A stretch of DNA of 64,000 nucleotides from a virus. A program made the position numbers and the translations under genes. The notes under the pieces were generated by a model, which saw only the letters and a list, made by a program, of their open reading frames with translations, did not search any database and was not told where the DNA came from. The stretch spans positions 19,370-83,369 of the IMG/VR virus record IMGVR_UViG_3300034374_005671, one strand, 5' to 3'. The number at the start of each line of letters is the position of its first letter. The stretch's first letter is position 1. This document shows, piece by piece, positions 9,965 through 20,017 of this stretch.

Positions 9965-12900
9965 AAGTATCTTTGACAGAAACCCTTTAACTGAAATGTT
10001 CTCTTCTATAGAAGAAGCAATGAGATGTGCTGATTCTATGGAGTTAAAGAATATGTTAAGAAACTCATTTAAAAATATAACAACAGACCCTATATTAGGT
10101 AAACCGAATAAATCTAAACAATCAATGTCAATCACAATAATTGCAGGTGATGACCTTAATAAATTAAATAATATAAACACACTGGAAAACGGAGGAAAAA
10201 TGAAAAAGTTTAAATACACAGGTAGATATGCTGATGGTGGTAAAAATTTGAAGCCAATCCCAGCAGACAACAAAGGACTTCAGGCTCTTGCCAAGAAGAA
10301 TCCTAAGTTAGTTATGGACATGGGATTCAATCCTAACAGCGTAGCAGCTAAAACTAAAGGTAAAAAGAAAGGACCTAAAGTTTCTAAGAATCAAGATGTT
10401 GAAAGAGTACCTGAGACTGCACGTATAGGTGATGACATGAGTAGCATGAACGCTCTTAAAAGACTTTATTATGATTATCTAGCTGGAGAGGGAGCTCAAA
10501 CTGATAGAGTAATACAGGCTGGAAGGATATTCCCGTTTGGTCAAATTTTTCAAGCTGCTGAGGGTATAACAGATATAATATATCCTTTTCTGACTGATGA
10601 GAGTCAAGCAAAGGAGGACAAACGTAGAGCCATCCAGCAAGAAGCTACTGAAGACTTAGAAGAATACAAACAATATTTAAAAGACAAGGGACTATACAAA
10701 ACACCTTTTGAAACTGTAAAAGGCTTTTTCGGTTTTCAAAACGGAGGAATGGGACCTAAAGTTCCTAAGAATCAAGGTGGAAGATTAGTTGTACCAGGAT
10801 TTACTGGTGGTATGATTGACCCAACCACAGGAGAAAGAGTACCTATGCTTGAGGATTATGTCAGAAAAGGTATGCAGTATTTCATGGGAGATACTACAGC
10901 TAACCCACCTAAGTTTCAAAATGCAGACCCCACTATCGTACCTTCTGTTACAAACTTAGATGAGACAGTTGTAACTGCTTATCCAAATGAAGGAGAGATG
11001 GGAGTACTCAACACCACAATTTATACGCCACAAAATGTCTCTAAGAAACAGCTGAGACAGATGAATAGAAATAATGCAGCTCAGGCTATGATGTCAGGAG
11101 AGCCTCTTTCTTACGCAGAACTTGCAGCTATGTACGGACCGAGAAAAGCTTCTAGAATCATTGCATCGGGAGCAGGTGCTTCAAATTTCAATCAAAATAT
11201 AAGCGGTGTATCTAGTGCAAATGCAGACGTAGGGGATGTAACCTCAACTTCAGAAGTAGGAAATGTAAGTTCATCTTCAGTTTCAGATTCTTCAGGAAAC
11301 GCTATGGACATGCAAGGTGCTAACATTGGTTCAGGCGTAATGGACAACTCGCAGATGGTAACTAACCAAAACGGTGGAAGAATGACTCCTAACCTTGGAG
11401 GATACCCTGACATCCCTTACTTATTTGGATATCAGATAGGAGGAATGGTACCTGGTTATCAGAATGCTGCCCCATCCATCAGAAATTTCCCAAGTAGTAT
11501 TGAAGGATTTCCTAATTTTCAAATGCCTGTAGCTGGCTCTCCTTCCGAAGGAGGTACCACTGAATTTATGAATTCAGACCAAAGTGTAATGTATAATGAG
11601 CGAGCGTGGGTAGAAATGCTTCAGAATCTAGGTGTTGATGCTGAACAACTATTAGCAGGAGGTGGAGCAAATTTACCTGCATTTTTAGATAAAATGGCTC
11701 CTCAATTAAGAAACCAAGTAACTGGTATACTAGAGGGCGCAGGCATTTCAGTTCCTCAGAGTAATGCACAACTAATTTCAGGCTTTAAGAATTTGCTACA
11801 GGAGAACCCTCAAATATTATCTGAGCTTAAAAAATTAGAGAATATAAGCATGGAGGATGTTATGAATTTGGGTACTGAAGCTCTAGGGGAGCAGGGTATG
11901 CAAGGATTATTAGGCATAATCAACAATCCATTCTTTAAAAAACTTGAAGGACAAGCACTACAATTTGGACAAGCTATGCAAGGCTCAAAAGAAGTGCAAG
12001 ATTTACTTGGTCTAATAAATAAGGCTCGAGATGTGTATGACGAGGTAAGTTCACAGCCCTCTACTGCTCCAACAACTGGTGGTAGTGCGCCTGCTGCAGG
12101 TGATGAAAGCACAGCTGAGGTTGCTACTGCAGAAGACAATAAAGATAGGTCAAACTATCCTTATAAAGTATTTAAGAATGTTGGTCTTGACATAAAAGAC
12201 TTCCAAAAAGGTCAATATTCTGACCGTTCTGCTGATAGCAATAGAGAACTTAGAAGACTTTTACAAGAACATTTAGCTGCAGGAGGCTCACCTGAAACAT
12301 TTAGTGTCAGACAGACAGCTGAAACTGCTGATATTGAAGAGGCTAAAAGGAAATTAATGGAGAACATTACTACAGTTCCAGTTGAATTCGAGGACATTGT
12401 GCCTGAAGATGAACTAGAGAAAGTCAGCCTGAGCGAAGAACAAACGGTCCCAACGTCTCGTAGACAAAATAGACGAGCCAATAGACTTGAGAAGCTTGAA
12501 GGCAGACTGGAAAGAACTCAACAAAGAACGGCAGATAGACAAGCTAGAAGAGACGACAGGCAGCAAAGAAGAGCAGATAATCAGGCGGTTAGAAGCAATC
12601 AAATGCAGCAAATAAAAGACCTTAGAGAGCAAATCCGAGCTGCTAGAGGTAATGCTATGGACGGTATGAGATATTTCCCACCTACCATAGGAGGTAATAT
12701 TCCTAACGGAGGACAGATGGCACCTGCATTCAACTTTGCTCAAGACGGCATACTTACTGGTATGCGACCAAATATGATGGCACCACCTTCATATCAAAAA
12801 GGAGGCATAATGAATGTACAACCAATGCCTTATGACCCTACCTCTCAAGATAGCACTATGCTTGGTGGAGGTACTGCTCCTATGTTCCAAGATGGCACCG

Positions 12901-13208
12901 ATTATCTTAGGAATCTACGTGTACCAGGATATACTGGGGGCATGATTAATCCAATGACAGGAGCAATCATTAGAACTCCCCAAGATATGATTAATCAGGG
13001 ATTAAACTACTTTGTACCTGATTCTACTAGGGTATCACCACCTCGAAATCAAGATGGCCAAATGATGAGAGGAATTGCACCAAGTAATGAGCCTTACCAC
13101 TTAGAGAAATTAGGGATTGCACCAGTGGGTGGACCATCTTTGAGACCAACTCCACTAGGCCAAATGATGAGACCTATGCCTCTTAATAGAATTCAAAGAT
13201 TACGCTAA
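9957..13208 (+). CDS. Putative internal virion protein, 1083 aa, low complexity (M/G/Q/P-rich), modular
   Basis: Overlaps the upstream stop. Carries about 12 QxGG/QDG/QNA motifs and a duplicated VPG[FY]TGGMI[DN]P module. Confidence 0.55.
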   Translation: MSKSIFDRNPLTEMFSSIEEAMRCADSMELKNMLRNSFKNITTDPILGKPNKSKQSMSITIIAGDDLNKLNNINTLENGGKMKKFKYTGRYADGGKNLKPIPADNKGLQALAKKNPKLVMDMGFNPNSVAAKTKGKKKGPKVSKNQDVERVPETARIGDDMSSMNALKRLYYDYLAGEGAQTDRVIQAGRIFPFGQIFQAAEGITDIIYPFLTDESQAKEDKRRAIQQEATEDLEEYKQYLKDKGLYKTPFETVKGFFGFQNGGMGPKVPKNQGGRLVVPGFTGGMIDPTTGERVPMLEDYVRKGMQYFMGDTTANPPKFQNADPTIVPSVTNLDETVVTAYPNEGEMGVLNTTIYTPQNVSKKQLRQMNRNNAAQAMMSGEPLSYAELAAMYGPRKASRIIASGAGASNFNQNISGVSSANADVGDVTSTSEVGNVSSSSVSDSSGNAMDMQGANIGSGVMDNSQMVTNQNGGRMTPNLGGYPDIPYLFGYQIGGMVPGYQNAAPSIRNFPSSIEGFPNFQMPVAGSPSEGGTTEFMNSDQSVMYNERAWVEMLQNLGVDAEQLLAGGGANLPAFLDKMAPQLRNQVTGILEGAGISVPQSNAQLISGFKNLLQENPQILSELKKLENISMEDVMNLGTEALGEQGMQGLLGIINNPFFKKLEGQALQFGQAMQGSKEVQDLLGLINKARDVYDEVSSQPSTAPTTGGSAPAAGDESTAEVATAEDNKDRSNYPYKVFKNVGLDIKDFQKGQYSDRSADSNRELRRLLQEHLAAGGSPETFSVRQTAETADIEEAKRKLMENITTVPVEFEDIVPEDELEKVSLSEEQTVPTSRRQNRRANRLEKLEGRLERTQQRTADRQARRDDRQQRRADNQAVRSNQMQQIKDLREQIRAARGNAMDGMRYFPPTIGGNIPNGGQMAPAFNFAQDGILTGMRPNMMAPPSYQKGGIMNVQPMPYDPTSQDSTMLGGGTAPMFQDGTDYLRNLRVPGYTGGMINPMTGAIIRTPQDMINQGLNYFVPDSTRVSPPRNQDGQMMRGIAPSNEPYHLEKLGIAPVGGPSLRPTPLGQMMRPMPLNRIQRLR

Positions 13209-13227
13209 TATATCTCAATACTAAAGT

Positions 13228-16200
13228 ATGAATTTTTATAATCTTGACTTACTTTCTAATTACCAAGATGGCGGTAATACTAAGATAGAAGAACAGGTAT
13301 CAGGTAGATACGTGAAGGGTGTTGCAAAACCTGAACAGCATGATGTTAATGCTGAGGTTGAGAAAAATGAATTTATACAGTATCCTGATAGAGAGATATC
13401 CCAAGTAGACCCAAAAGGTAAATCACACGCTCAAGGGGGAGAATTTATGAATCTTCCCCCTGAAACTAAAATTTTATCCGATAATATTAAGATTGGTAAA
13501 GAATTACGTGATAGATTAGAGGATATGTTTGGCGTAACTCTAAAAACATCTGATACTATTGCTAAGGCAATGGAGAAAGTAAGGAAGAGTATAGGAATGG
13601 AATCCATCCTTGTTCGAATGGAACAATACCTTAAAAAGATAAAAGAAAATAATAAGGTAAAAGACAAGGACACTAAAAGAGTCAATGAGGAATACTTAGC
13701 TAATAAAATCTACGAACTAGAACAAGAGCGAAATCAAAAGAAAGAACTTGAGAATCAAGTCTTTGAGATGTTGTTTAATGTTCAAGAGACTAGAAAGCAA
13801 GCTGAACAAATGGGTGACCCGAATCATCAGAATATCAGAAAACGTCCCCCAATAGACCAGCCTACTGAGCAAGAGATGTCTGATTATGAGCAGATGAAGG
13901 AGGCAAAACAACCTAAAAATTTGGCTAGACCAGGACAGCAAGGACCTGAGACTATGCAGGTGATGGCTGAAAATGGTGGAAGACTCATAGAGGTTTTCTT
14001 CGATGGGGGGTCTCCTTACGTGGGCAATATGAATGATATGCAAGCCTTAGAGGTTCAAGCTATGCAAGATGGTTATGATAATCTTGATGAGTTTATTTTT
14101 GGTGTTTATTCTGACGGAGGAGGTATACCACAAAGGTATAGAAGCAAAGGATTCACCAAAGTAGGTGTAAAGAAAAGAGCACCTTCTGGAGCTAAACACA
14201 AATGGGAAGTCCTTGCACGTAAAAAAGTAGGAGGCAAAACAAGATATAAAATTGTTAAAGGTGGCTTCCGTGGGATGAAAGATTTTAAATCTCACAAAGA
14301 CCCTAAGAGAAAGAAAAGATTTTGGGACAGAATGGGGGGTAAAAACTCTCCCAAAGCAAAAGACCCATTTTCTCCTTTGTATTGGCACAAACGTTTTGGT
14401 ACTTGGGAAGAAGGAGGAGTGCTAGGATATCAAAATGCTGGTGAAACAGCATCCGCATTTGCTGCAAGAATGGGTCAGGCTTGGCCTAAAGGTGTAAAAG
14501 ACCCAGTATACAATGCCGATACTAAAATGTGGGAATTTGCTGATGGTACACCAGCTATTAGTAGGGGGGATGCTATGAATTTAGCAAGAGATATTAATCG
14601 AACAGGTGAGGTACCAGATGCCTATAAAGTAGCTGAAAATATAAGAAACCAGGGGGGAGTAGCATCCACACCAATTACTCCTAGTGAAGAGCAAACAGCA
14701 GCTAACCAGAACGGACCAGTTACTCAATATAATCCAGAACCTGTAGATATAGGAGGTGTACCTCACTATGAAGTAATAGTAGATGGTAAACCTTATTTGC
14801 TTGAAGCAGGCAAAGTTTCTACCATTCAAACAGATGATGGCTCAATATTCCGAGTAGATATGGGAGATGTAGAATCTCAAGATTTTAGTGTGGACACTAG
14901 GCAAGAAGCAGGATATAGAACAGGTTACTCATCAAGAGGCGATGTAAAAGGTTATAGAGGGGCTGATAAGGCCGCTATTGATGCTCAAATAGCAGAACTA
15001 GAATCCGATTTAGCTCCTTTCTTGCAAGCTATCGAAGACGGCACAGTACAAGCTGACCCTGAAACAGGCAAGTTTAATTTACCTCTTACTATTAGAGGGG
15101 GTAGCTCATCCAGACCTATGGCACTGGGGCAAACTAAGAGCCAACTTCAGTCTAGTTTTGAAAACTTAATACAATACAATCCTGAATTAGAAGGCCAAGT
15201 TGGTTTTATCCAGCCTGATGGTTCAATAGACCCTAACAAACAGACTGGACAGGTAGCATTACCTGCAGGATTTCATAATGTATTTGGAGATGAGTTTGAC
15301 CCAGGAACCATAGAAACTTTCGATTTAGATGAATTAAGTAGGGGAGGGAAAGAAGGTGAAGAAGCTCTATCTAATATTGGTAATGATGCATTAGCGTACA
15401 ATAGAAACAGAACCGAGTATGAAGAGGTTCTCCTTCCTTTCCTAGAACAAAAAGGCTATGATATAGACCAATTTAATGTCTCTAACGAAATGCTACCATA
15501 CAGAACTGCTGAAGAAACAGCAGCTGACTTAGGAATAGATTACGAAAAAGTACAAGCAGGAGATTTCTCTGAATTATCAGAGAGATTAGGCAGAGAGATA
15601 ACCTCGGTAGAACAAGCTAAGGAATTCTTACTTGATGCTGCTCAGTTCTCAGGGATTGGAGGGGCTTCTGAAGGAGAATTAACTTCTTTGGTATCTGAAG
15701 TAACTCCAGATGACGGAGGGATACCACCTCCTATAATTCAAGATGACCCTGTTATGGGAGGTCCTATGCTATTATCTACTCCTAGAAGACTAGGCCCTGA
15801 CCCAATGATGGTTGGACCTTTCATTATGCCTGAGTACGACAGAGTATCAGCTATGAAGGTATCTCCTCAAGCGGGTTATCAAGCTAATACTAAGCAGGTT
15901 AAAGCGGGTATGGACCTATTAACTCAATCAGTTGGTTCTCAAGCGGGTGCAAATGTTGCTAATCTTTTAGGACAGTCTGCAGAAGGTATTAACCAATTGA
16001 CAGCTAATACTAATCAACAAAATGCTCAATTGAAGCAACAAGCTGACCAGATGAATGCTCAAATACAGCAGGCAGAAGCTGCAGCAAGAGCACAGGCATT
16101 AGCTACCTTTGGTACAGAATCAATGACAGCATACGCTAATACTTTAGCAGACAGAAGGGCTTACTTAAATATATTGGAAGAAGATAGATTAGCAAGGGAT

Positions 16201-16449
16201 GCAGAAAGAAGACAGCTACAAATTCTTGATGCAATATACCCTCAATATACATTTGATATGTTTGGAAATGTACTTTACGACCCTTCAAGAGCAGGAGATT
16301 TCTACGTACCAGAAACTGCTTTAGCTCAACAAATATATAACCAAGGAACAGGGACAAGCGGAAGCACTGAGGCAGTAGATGAGAATTTTGATACTAGAAC
16401 TATTGACGGTATCACATATCTAAGAGCACCTGATTCGTATCAGAGTTAA
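13228..16449 (+). CDS. Putative internal virion protein, 1073 aa (NAEVE..SHAQGG domain, coiled coil, basic cassette, Q/A-rich C-terminus)
   Basis: The NAEVEKNE...GKSHAQGG..LP...ILSD domain is typical of crAss-like/Bacteroidetes phage structural proteins. The C-terminal Q/A coiled coil resembles ejection (pilot) proteins. Confidence 0.6.
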   Translation: MNFYNLDLLSNYQDGGNTKIEEQVSGRYVKGVAKPEQHDVNAEVEKNEFIQYPDREISQVDPKGKSHAQGGEFMNLPPETKILSDNIKIGKELRDRLEDMFGVTLKTSDTIAKAMEKVRKSIGMESILVRMEQYLKKIKENNKVKDKDTKRVNEEYLANKIYELEQERNQKKELENQVFEMLFNVQETRKQAEQMGDPNHQNIRKRPPIDQPTEQEMSDYEQMKEAKQPKNLARPGQQGPETMQVMAENGGRLIEVFFDGGSPYVGNMNDMQALEVQAMQDGYDNLDEFIFGVYSDGGGIPQRYRSKGFTKVGVKKRAPSGAKHKWEVLARKKVGGKTRYKIVKGGFRGMKDFKSHKDPKRKKRFWDRMGGKNSPKAKDPFSPLYWHKRFGTWEEGGVLGYQNAGETASAFAARMGQAWPKGVKDPVYNADTKMWEFADGTPAISRGDAMNLARDINRTGEVPDAYKVAENIRNQGGVASTPITPSEEQTAANQNGPVTQYNPEPVDIGGVPHYEVIVDGKPYLLEAGKVSTIQTDDGSIFRVDMGDVESQDFSVDTRQEAGYRTGYSSRGDVKGYRGADKAAIDAQIAELESDLAPFLQAIEDGTVQADPETGKFNLPLTIRGGSSSRPMALGQTKSQLQSSFENLIQYNPELEGQVGFIQPDGSIDPNKQTGQVALPAGFHNVFGDEFDPGTIETFDLDELSRGGKEGEEALSNIGNDALAYNRNRTEYEEVLLPFLEQKGYDIDQFNVSNEMLPYRTAEETAADLGIDYEKVQAGDFSELSERLGREITSVEQAKEFLLDAAQFSGIGGASEGELTSLVSEVTPDDGGIPPPIIQDDPVMGGPMLLSTPRRLGPDPMMVGPFIMPEYDRVSAMKVSPQAGYQANTKQVKAGMDLLTQSVGSQAGANVANLLGQSAEGINQLTANTNQQNAQLKQQADQMNAQIQQAEAAARAQALATFGTESMTAYANTLADRRAYLNILEEDRLARDAERRQLQILDAIYPQYTFDMFGNVLYDPSRAGDFYVPETALAQQIYNQGTGTSGSTEAVDENFDTRTIDGITYLRAPDSYQS

Positions 16450-16460
16450 ACAAGTATAAA

Positions 16461-19400
16461 ATGGCTACAGCTTATTCACAACCTTTACAGTATACACCTT
16501 ACCAGGAGCAATGGAATAAAGAGCTTCTGGCTAAGGCTTTGCAGTATAAGCAAGATAAATATGATACAAACAGGCAAGTCATAAAAGAGACTATTGCTCA
16601 AGTGTCTAACATCGACTTGATAAAAGACCAAGATGCTGAATATCTATACGACAGACTGCAAACAGTAGTTAACAACTTAAATACTCAAGGTACAGGTGAC
16701 CTCTCTCTAGATTCTAGAGCTGATTACCTAACAGGGTATGTTGCTGATGTGGCAGACCAAAAAGTAATGAATGGTTACATTGGTACTAGGGCATACAGAA
16801 ACGTAGTTGCAGAGCACGAGAAGTATAAAGAAACAGGAGAAGCTTCTGATTTAAATTTATCTTATTCTTTGCAAGATATTAGTGCTTGGGCCAATGATGG
16901 CCAAATCGGAAGCGCATTACCTGCAGGAGCAAATACATCCTATGTAAAGTTTACTGATTTATATGAAAAATACCAAGAGGTAGCAAAAGCTTTACAACCT
17001 GATTCATATGTGGTGTTTGAACAATTTGGTGGAAGCGGATTCACATGGTACAGTCAGGAAGGTCTAAGACTCGATAAAAATAAATTAGTTTCTGCTTTTA
17101 ATTTAGCTACAGAATCAGACCCTGCCATCCAAGACCAGTTAAGAGTAAATGCTTGGGGAGCAAATTTAAATGTTAGTGATGCAGATTTCATAGCAACTTT
17201 TAAAGAAGATGGAGCAAGAGAAAAAGAAGCTATTGGTAGGTACATCAATAGACTAAAAGATGCTAAAGCTAAGAGTGTCAGTTCGTCTGAAATGGCCGAG
17301 TTGGATGCTAACATAGCAATATATGAAGAGCAAGTTAAGCAATATGATGAAGCTCTTATGATGACTGACGAACAGATACTAGCAAATAAAGAATCATACC
17401 AGTATCTTTCATACAGAAGTTCTTATTTTACTGACTTGGCAGGAGTATTTTCATATGAACAAATGGAAGCACCTAAATTAGTAACAGACCAAGGTGCACT
17501 AGAAATGTACAAACAGCAGCAAGCAAACGCTAGAAACAGAGCTAGAATACAATCAAAAGAAGATATAGCTAGGGCAAAAGCAATTGTCGAAGAGGATAAA
17601 ATGAGAATTGAAGATGAAAAAGCACTTAAAGCCTTAGCTATAGAGATACTTAAGGAAGAGGATACGGATATACAAGAGGGAATGTTACGATTCAATCAAG
17701 ATTTAATTGCTCGTAATCCTGAATACGCTGCTAAACTAAATTTAGTTACAAACTTTGAAAAGAAAGAACCTAGATTAACCCTTGAAGAAGCTGCAAGTGA
17801 ATACAATGTAGATTTAGTGGCTGTCAGTGAGGGAGATTACTCGACTATAGCAAGTGCTATGGGGGAAGGTGCAGTCCTTCCCGAGTTTGAAAGCCCCCAA
17901 GAGGCAGCTGCTTTTTTAGTAAGTCAGGCTAACATAGCGAAAGGGTTTGACAACACTAACAGTTACGACCCAATGCTTGATGCTTATCTTGCAAACGGAA
18001 TGATATCTCAAAAACAATATAATGAGATGACAGCTGGAGGTTATTCAAATTTAACTCCAGATGAATTCCAACAACTATTCAACCCTATAGAAACAACGGC
18101 TGGCGTTCAAAACTTACAATTTGACGACATGACTGTCACAACTGATGATGGTGGGCAGGAAGAACTCAATACCCTAAATATTCAGACTAAAATAAATGAG
18201 TTCTATGGTAAAAACGATGTGATAGAAGAGCAAGCCAGAAAAGAACTTGTAACAATATATGGGGAAGAAAAAGGGAATAGACTCTATAGAGAATTGGCAG
18301 GACTGGATAATATGTATTACCTTCGAATTATTGGAAAAGATACAGACGGTAGCAATATTATTCAAAAAGAGTATGCGACCTACGACAAAGACGGCAAAAT
18401 AGATATAAAATCCACGGAAGCTGATTGGGATAGAAATAATTATCTTTGGAATGAAAATGCTAATGAACCAATGTATTATAAGGACCTAGGTACTAATGAT
18501 ATTCGTGCTATGGTTAATCCAGCCGCATTAACTGGTTATAGGCAGGACATACCCGAGGAACAAGTATTTGCAGCTGCTGACAGGTTATCAACTTTAATGA
18601 CTCAGTATTCCGTAAACGAGCAAACTATAAATCACTTAGTAAATGCAAGGGATGGAGTGAGAACAGACTTTCGTTCCATCGCTGACGAGGCAGCAGACAA
18701 TATCATAGATAATAAATTGAGTTTTTTAATTCATAACGATAAAGGAGGGTCTTGGAATGCAATGTACAATGAGGATGAAGACTTATGGTTTATTGAGGGT
18801 ACATGGGATGCGAAGAATATGAGACCACTATCCATAGGCGAGGAGGGTGTAAGAAGAAATCTTAGGAATAAACTAGGTCCAGGTAAAATGCCAGGTAAAG
18901 AGTATTCTTGGTGGAACTTTACAAAATGGGGCACATCAGAGGCAGGTACAGCTGACTATATAGAAACATATGATATAGGCACATGGGGGGCCACAAACAA
19001 AAACAGAATCAGTTTGGAAGCTAATAATGACCAAGCAGAGAGAATCGTATTAGATAACGCCCTACTTCTAACAGCACCTAAAGAGAGTTTTTCTCTTGCA
19101 AGGAACAATGAACAGCAGTATCTTAGCTCAATTATAGCAGCCAACCAATCTAATTTTGAACCTATAACTGCATCTGATATCGCTATGCTTGGTGAAGGCC
19201 AAAATTTACAACTTAAAACAGGAGTTAAGGACGAAGGCGACAAAACAGTAGTACCTGCTGCTTTAGGACGTTTCACGGCCCTTACTGATGGTGCAGTGAT
19301 AGACCAAACAATAAAAAATAATGTAGGAGCTACAGAGGACAATGCAGCTACTACAACAGCTATGGATGGTAACGCAAGTATAATTACTACTGGCGGTTAC

Positions 19401-20012
19401 CACTATATTATAGCGGGATATGATACTCGAAATAAGGATGAAGTTAGCGTGATAGGGGGTAAAATACCTGTAGGGGCAATAGATTACTCGCAACCTAACC
19501 CTTTTCATGGTACATTACAAAATCAAATTACTGCTGCAAAGACTGCAGAAAACAACTACTATATGGAAAGGGTAGTGGCTAATAGACTGGAGTGGGATGC
19601 GGAGACTCAGACAGGAGAAAGATATATTGAACCTTTGGACAGAGCCCAACAATATTTTTCTCCTAACTTTTCAGTCGATGGTGTTAGTTACACTGCAGAG
19701 CTTAACCAATCAATTGAAAGGGTAGGACCCAATGATGTAGATTACGGATTGGTTGTAAAAGTTAACAAATTCACTACTGATGAGAATGGTAATAAGGAGC
19801 CCCATATATTCCAAGGAGGGGAAGGTAATGAAAATAATATTGACTTTATATGGACACCTCTTGATGCGAATGGAAATCCTTTAACATTTGATACACCAAG
19901 TGATTTTCAATTGTATATTCAAGAAAATTATAACGATGAAACAGCTCCTCTTGCTTTTGCATCAGCTATAAATGCATCAAACGAAGTACCAACAACAATA
20001 AACAAACCTTAA
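16461..20012 (+). CDS. Putative internal virion/ejection protein, 1183 aa
   Basis: The N-terminus MATAYSQP.QY.PY....ELL.KALQYKQDKYD resembles crAss-like cargo proteins. Lies in the cargo cluster. Confidence 0.55.
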   Translation: MATAYSQPLQYTPYQEQWNKELLAKALQYKQDKYDTNRQVIKETIAQVSNIDLIKDQDAEYLYDRLQTVVNNLNTQGTGDLSLDSRADYLTGYVADVADQKVMNGYIGTRAYRNVVAEHEKYKETGEASDLNLSYSLQDISAWANDGQIGSALPAGANTSYVKFTDLYEKYQEVAKALQPDSYVVFEQFGGSGFTWYSQEGLRLDKNKLVSAFNLATESDPAIQDQLRVNAWGANLNVSDADFIATFKEDGAREKEAIGRYINRLKDAKAKSVSSSEMAELDANIAIYEEQVKQYDEALMMTDEQILANKESYQYLSYRSSYFTDLAGVFSYEQMEAPKLVTDQGALEMYKQQQANARNRARIQSKEDIARAKAIVEEDKMRIEDEKALKALAIEILKEEDTDIQEGMLRFNQDLIARNPEYAAKLNLVTNFEKKEPRLTLEEAASEYNVDLVAVSEGDYSTIASAMGEGAVLPEFESPQEAAAFLVSQANIAKGFDNTNSYDPMLDAYLANGMISQKQYNEMTAGGYSNLTPDEFQQLFNPIETTAGVQNLQFDDMTVTTDDGGQEELNTLNIQTKINEFYGKNDVIEEQARKELVTIYGEEKGNRLYRELAGLDNMYYLRIIGKDTDGSNIIQKEYATYDKDGKIDIKSTEADWDRNNYLWNENANEPMYYKDLGTNDIRAMVNPAALTGYRQDIPEEQVFAAADRLSTLMTQYSVNEQTINHLVNARDGVRTDFRSIADEAADNIIDNKLSFLIHNDKGGSWNAMYNEDEDLWFIEGTWDAKNMRPLSIGEEGVRRNLRNKLGPGKMPGKEYSWWNFTKWGTSEAGTADYIETYDIGTWGATNKNRISLEANNDQAERIVLDNALLLTAPKESFSLARNNEQQYLSSIIAANQSNFEPITASDIAMLGEGQNLQLKTGVKDEGDKTVVPAALGRFTALTDGAVIDQTIKNNVGATEDNAATTTAMDGNASIITTGGYHYIIAGYDTRNKDEVSVIGGKIPVGAIDYSQPNPFHGTLQNQITAAKTAENNYYMERVVANRLEWDAETQTGERYIEPLDRAQQYFSPNFSVDGVSYTAELNQSIERVGPNDVDYGLVVKVNKFTTDENGNKEPHIFQGGEGNENNIDFIWTPLDANGNPLTFDTPSDFQLYIQENYNDETAPLAFASAINASNEVPTTINKP

Positions 20013-20017
20013 TTAAT

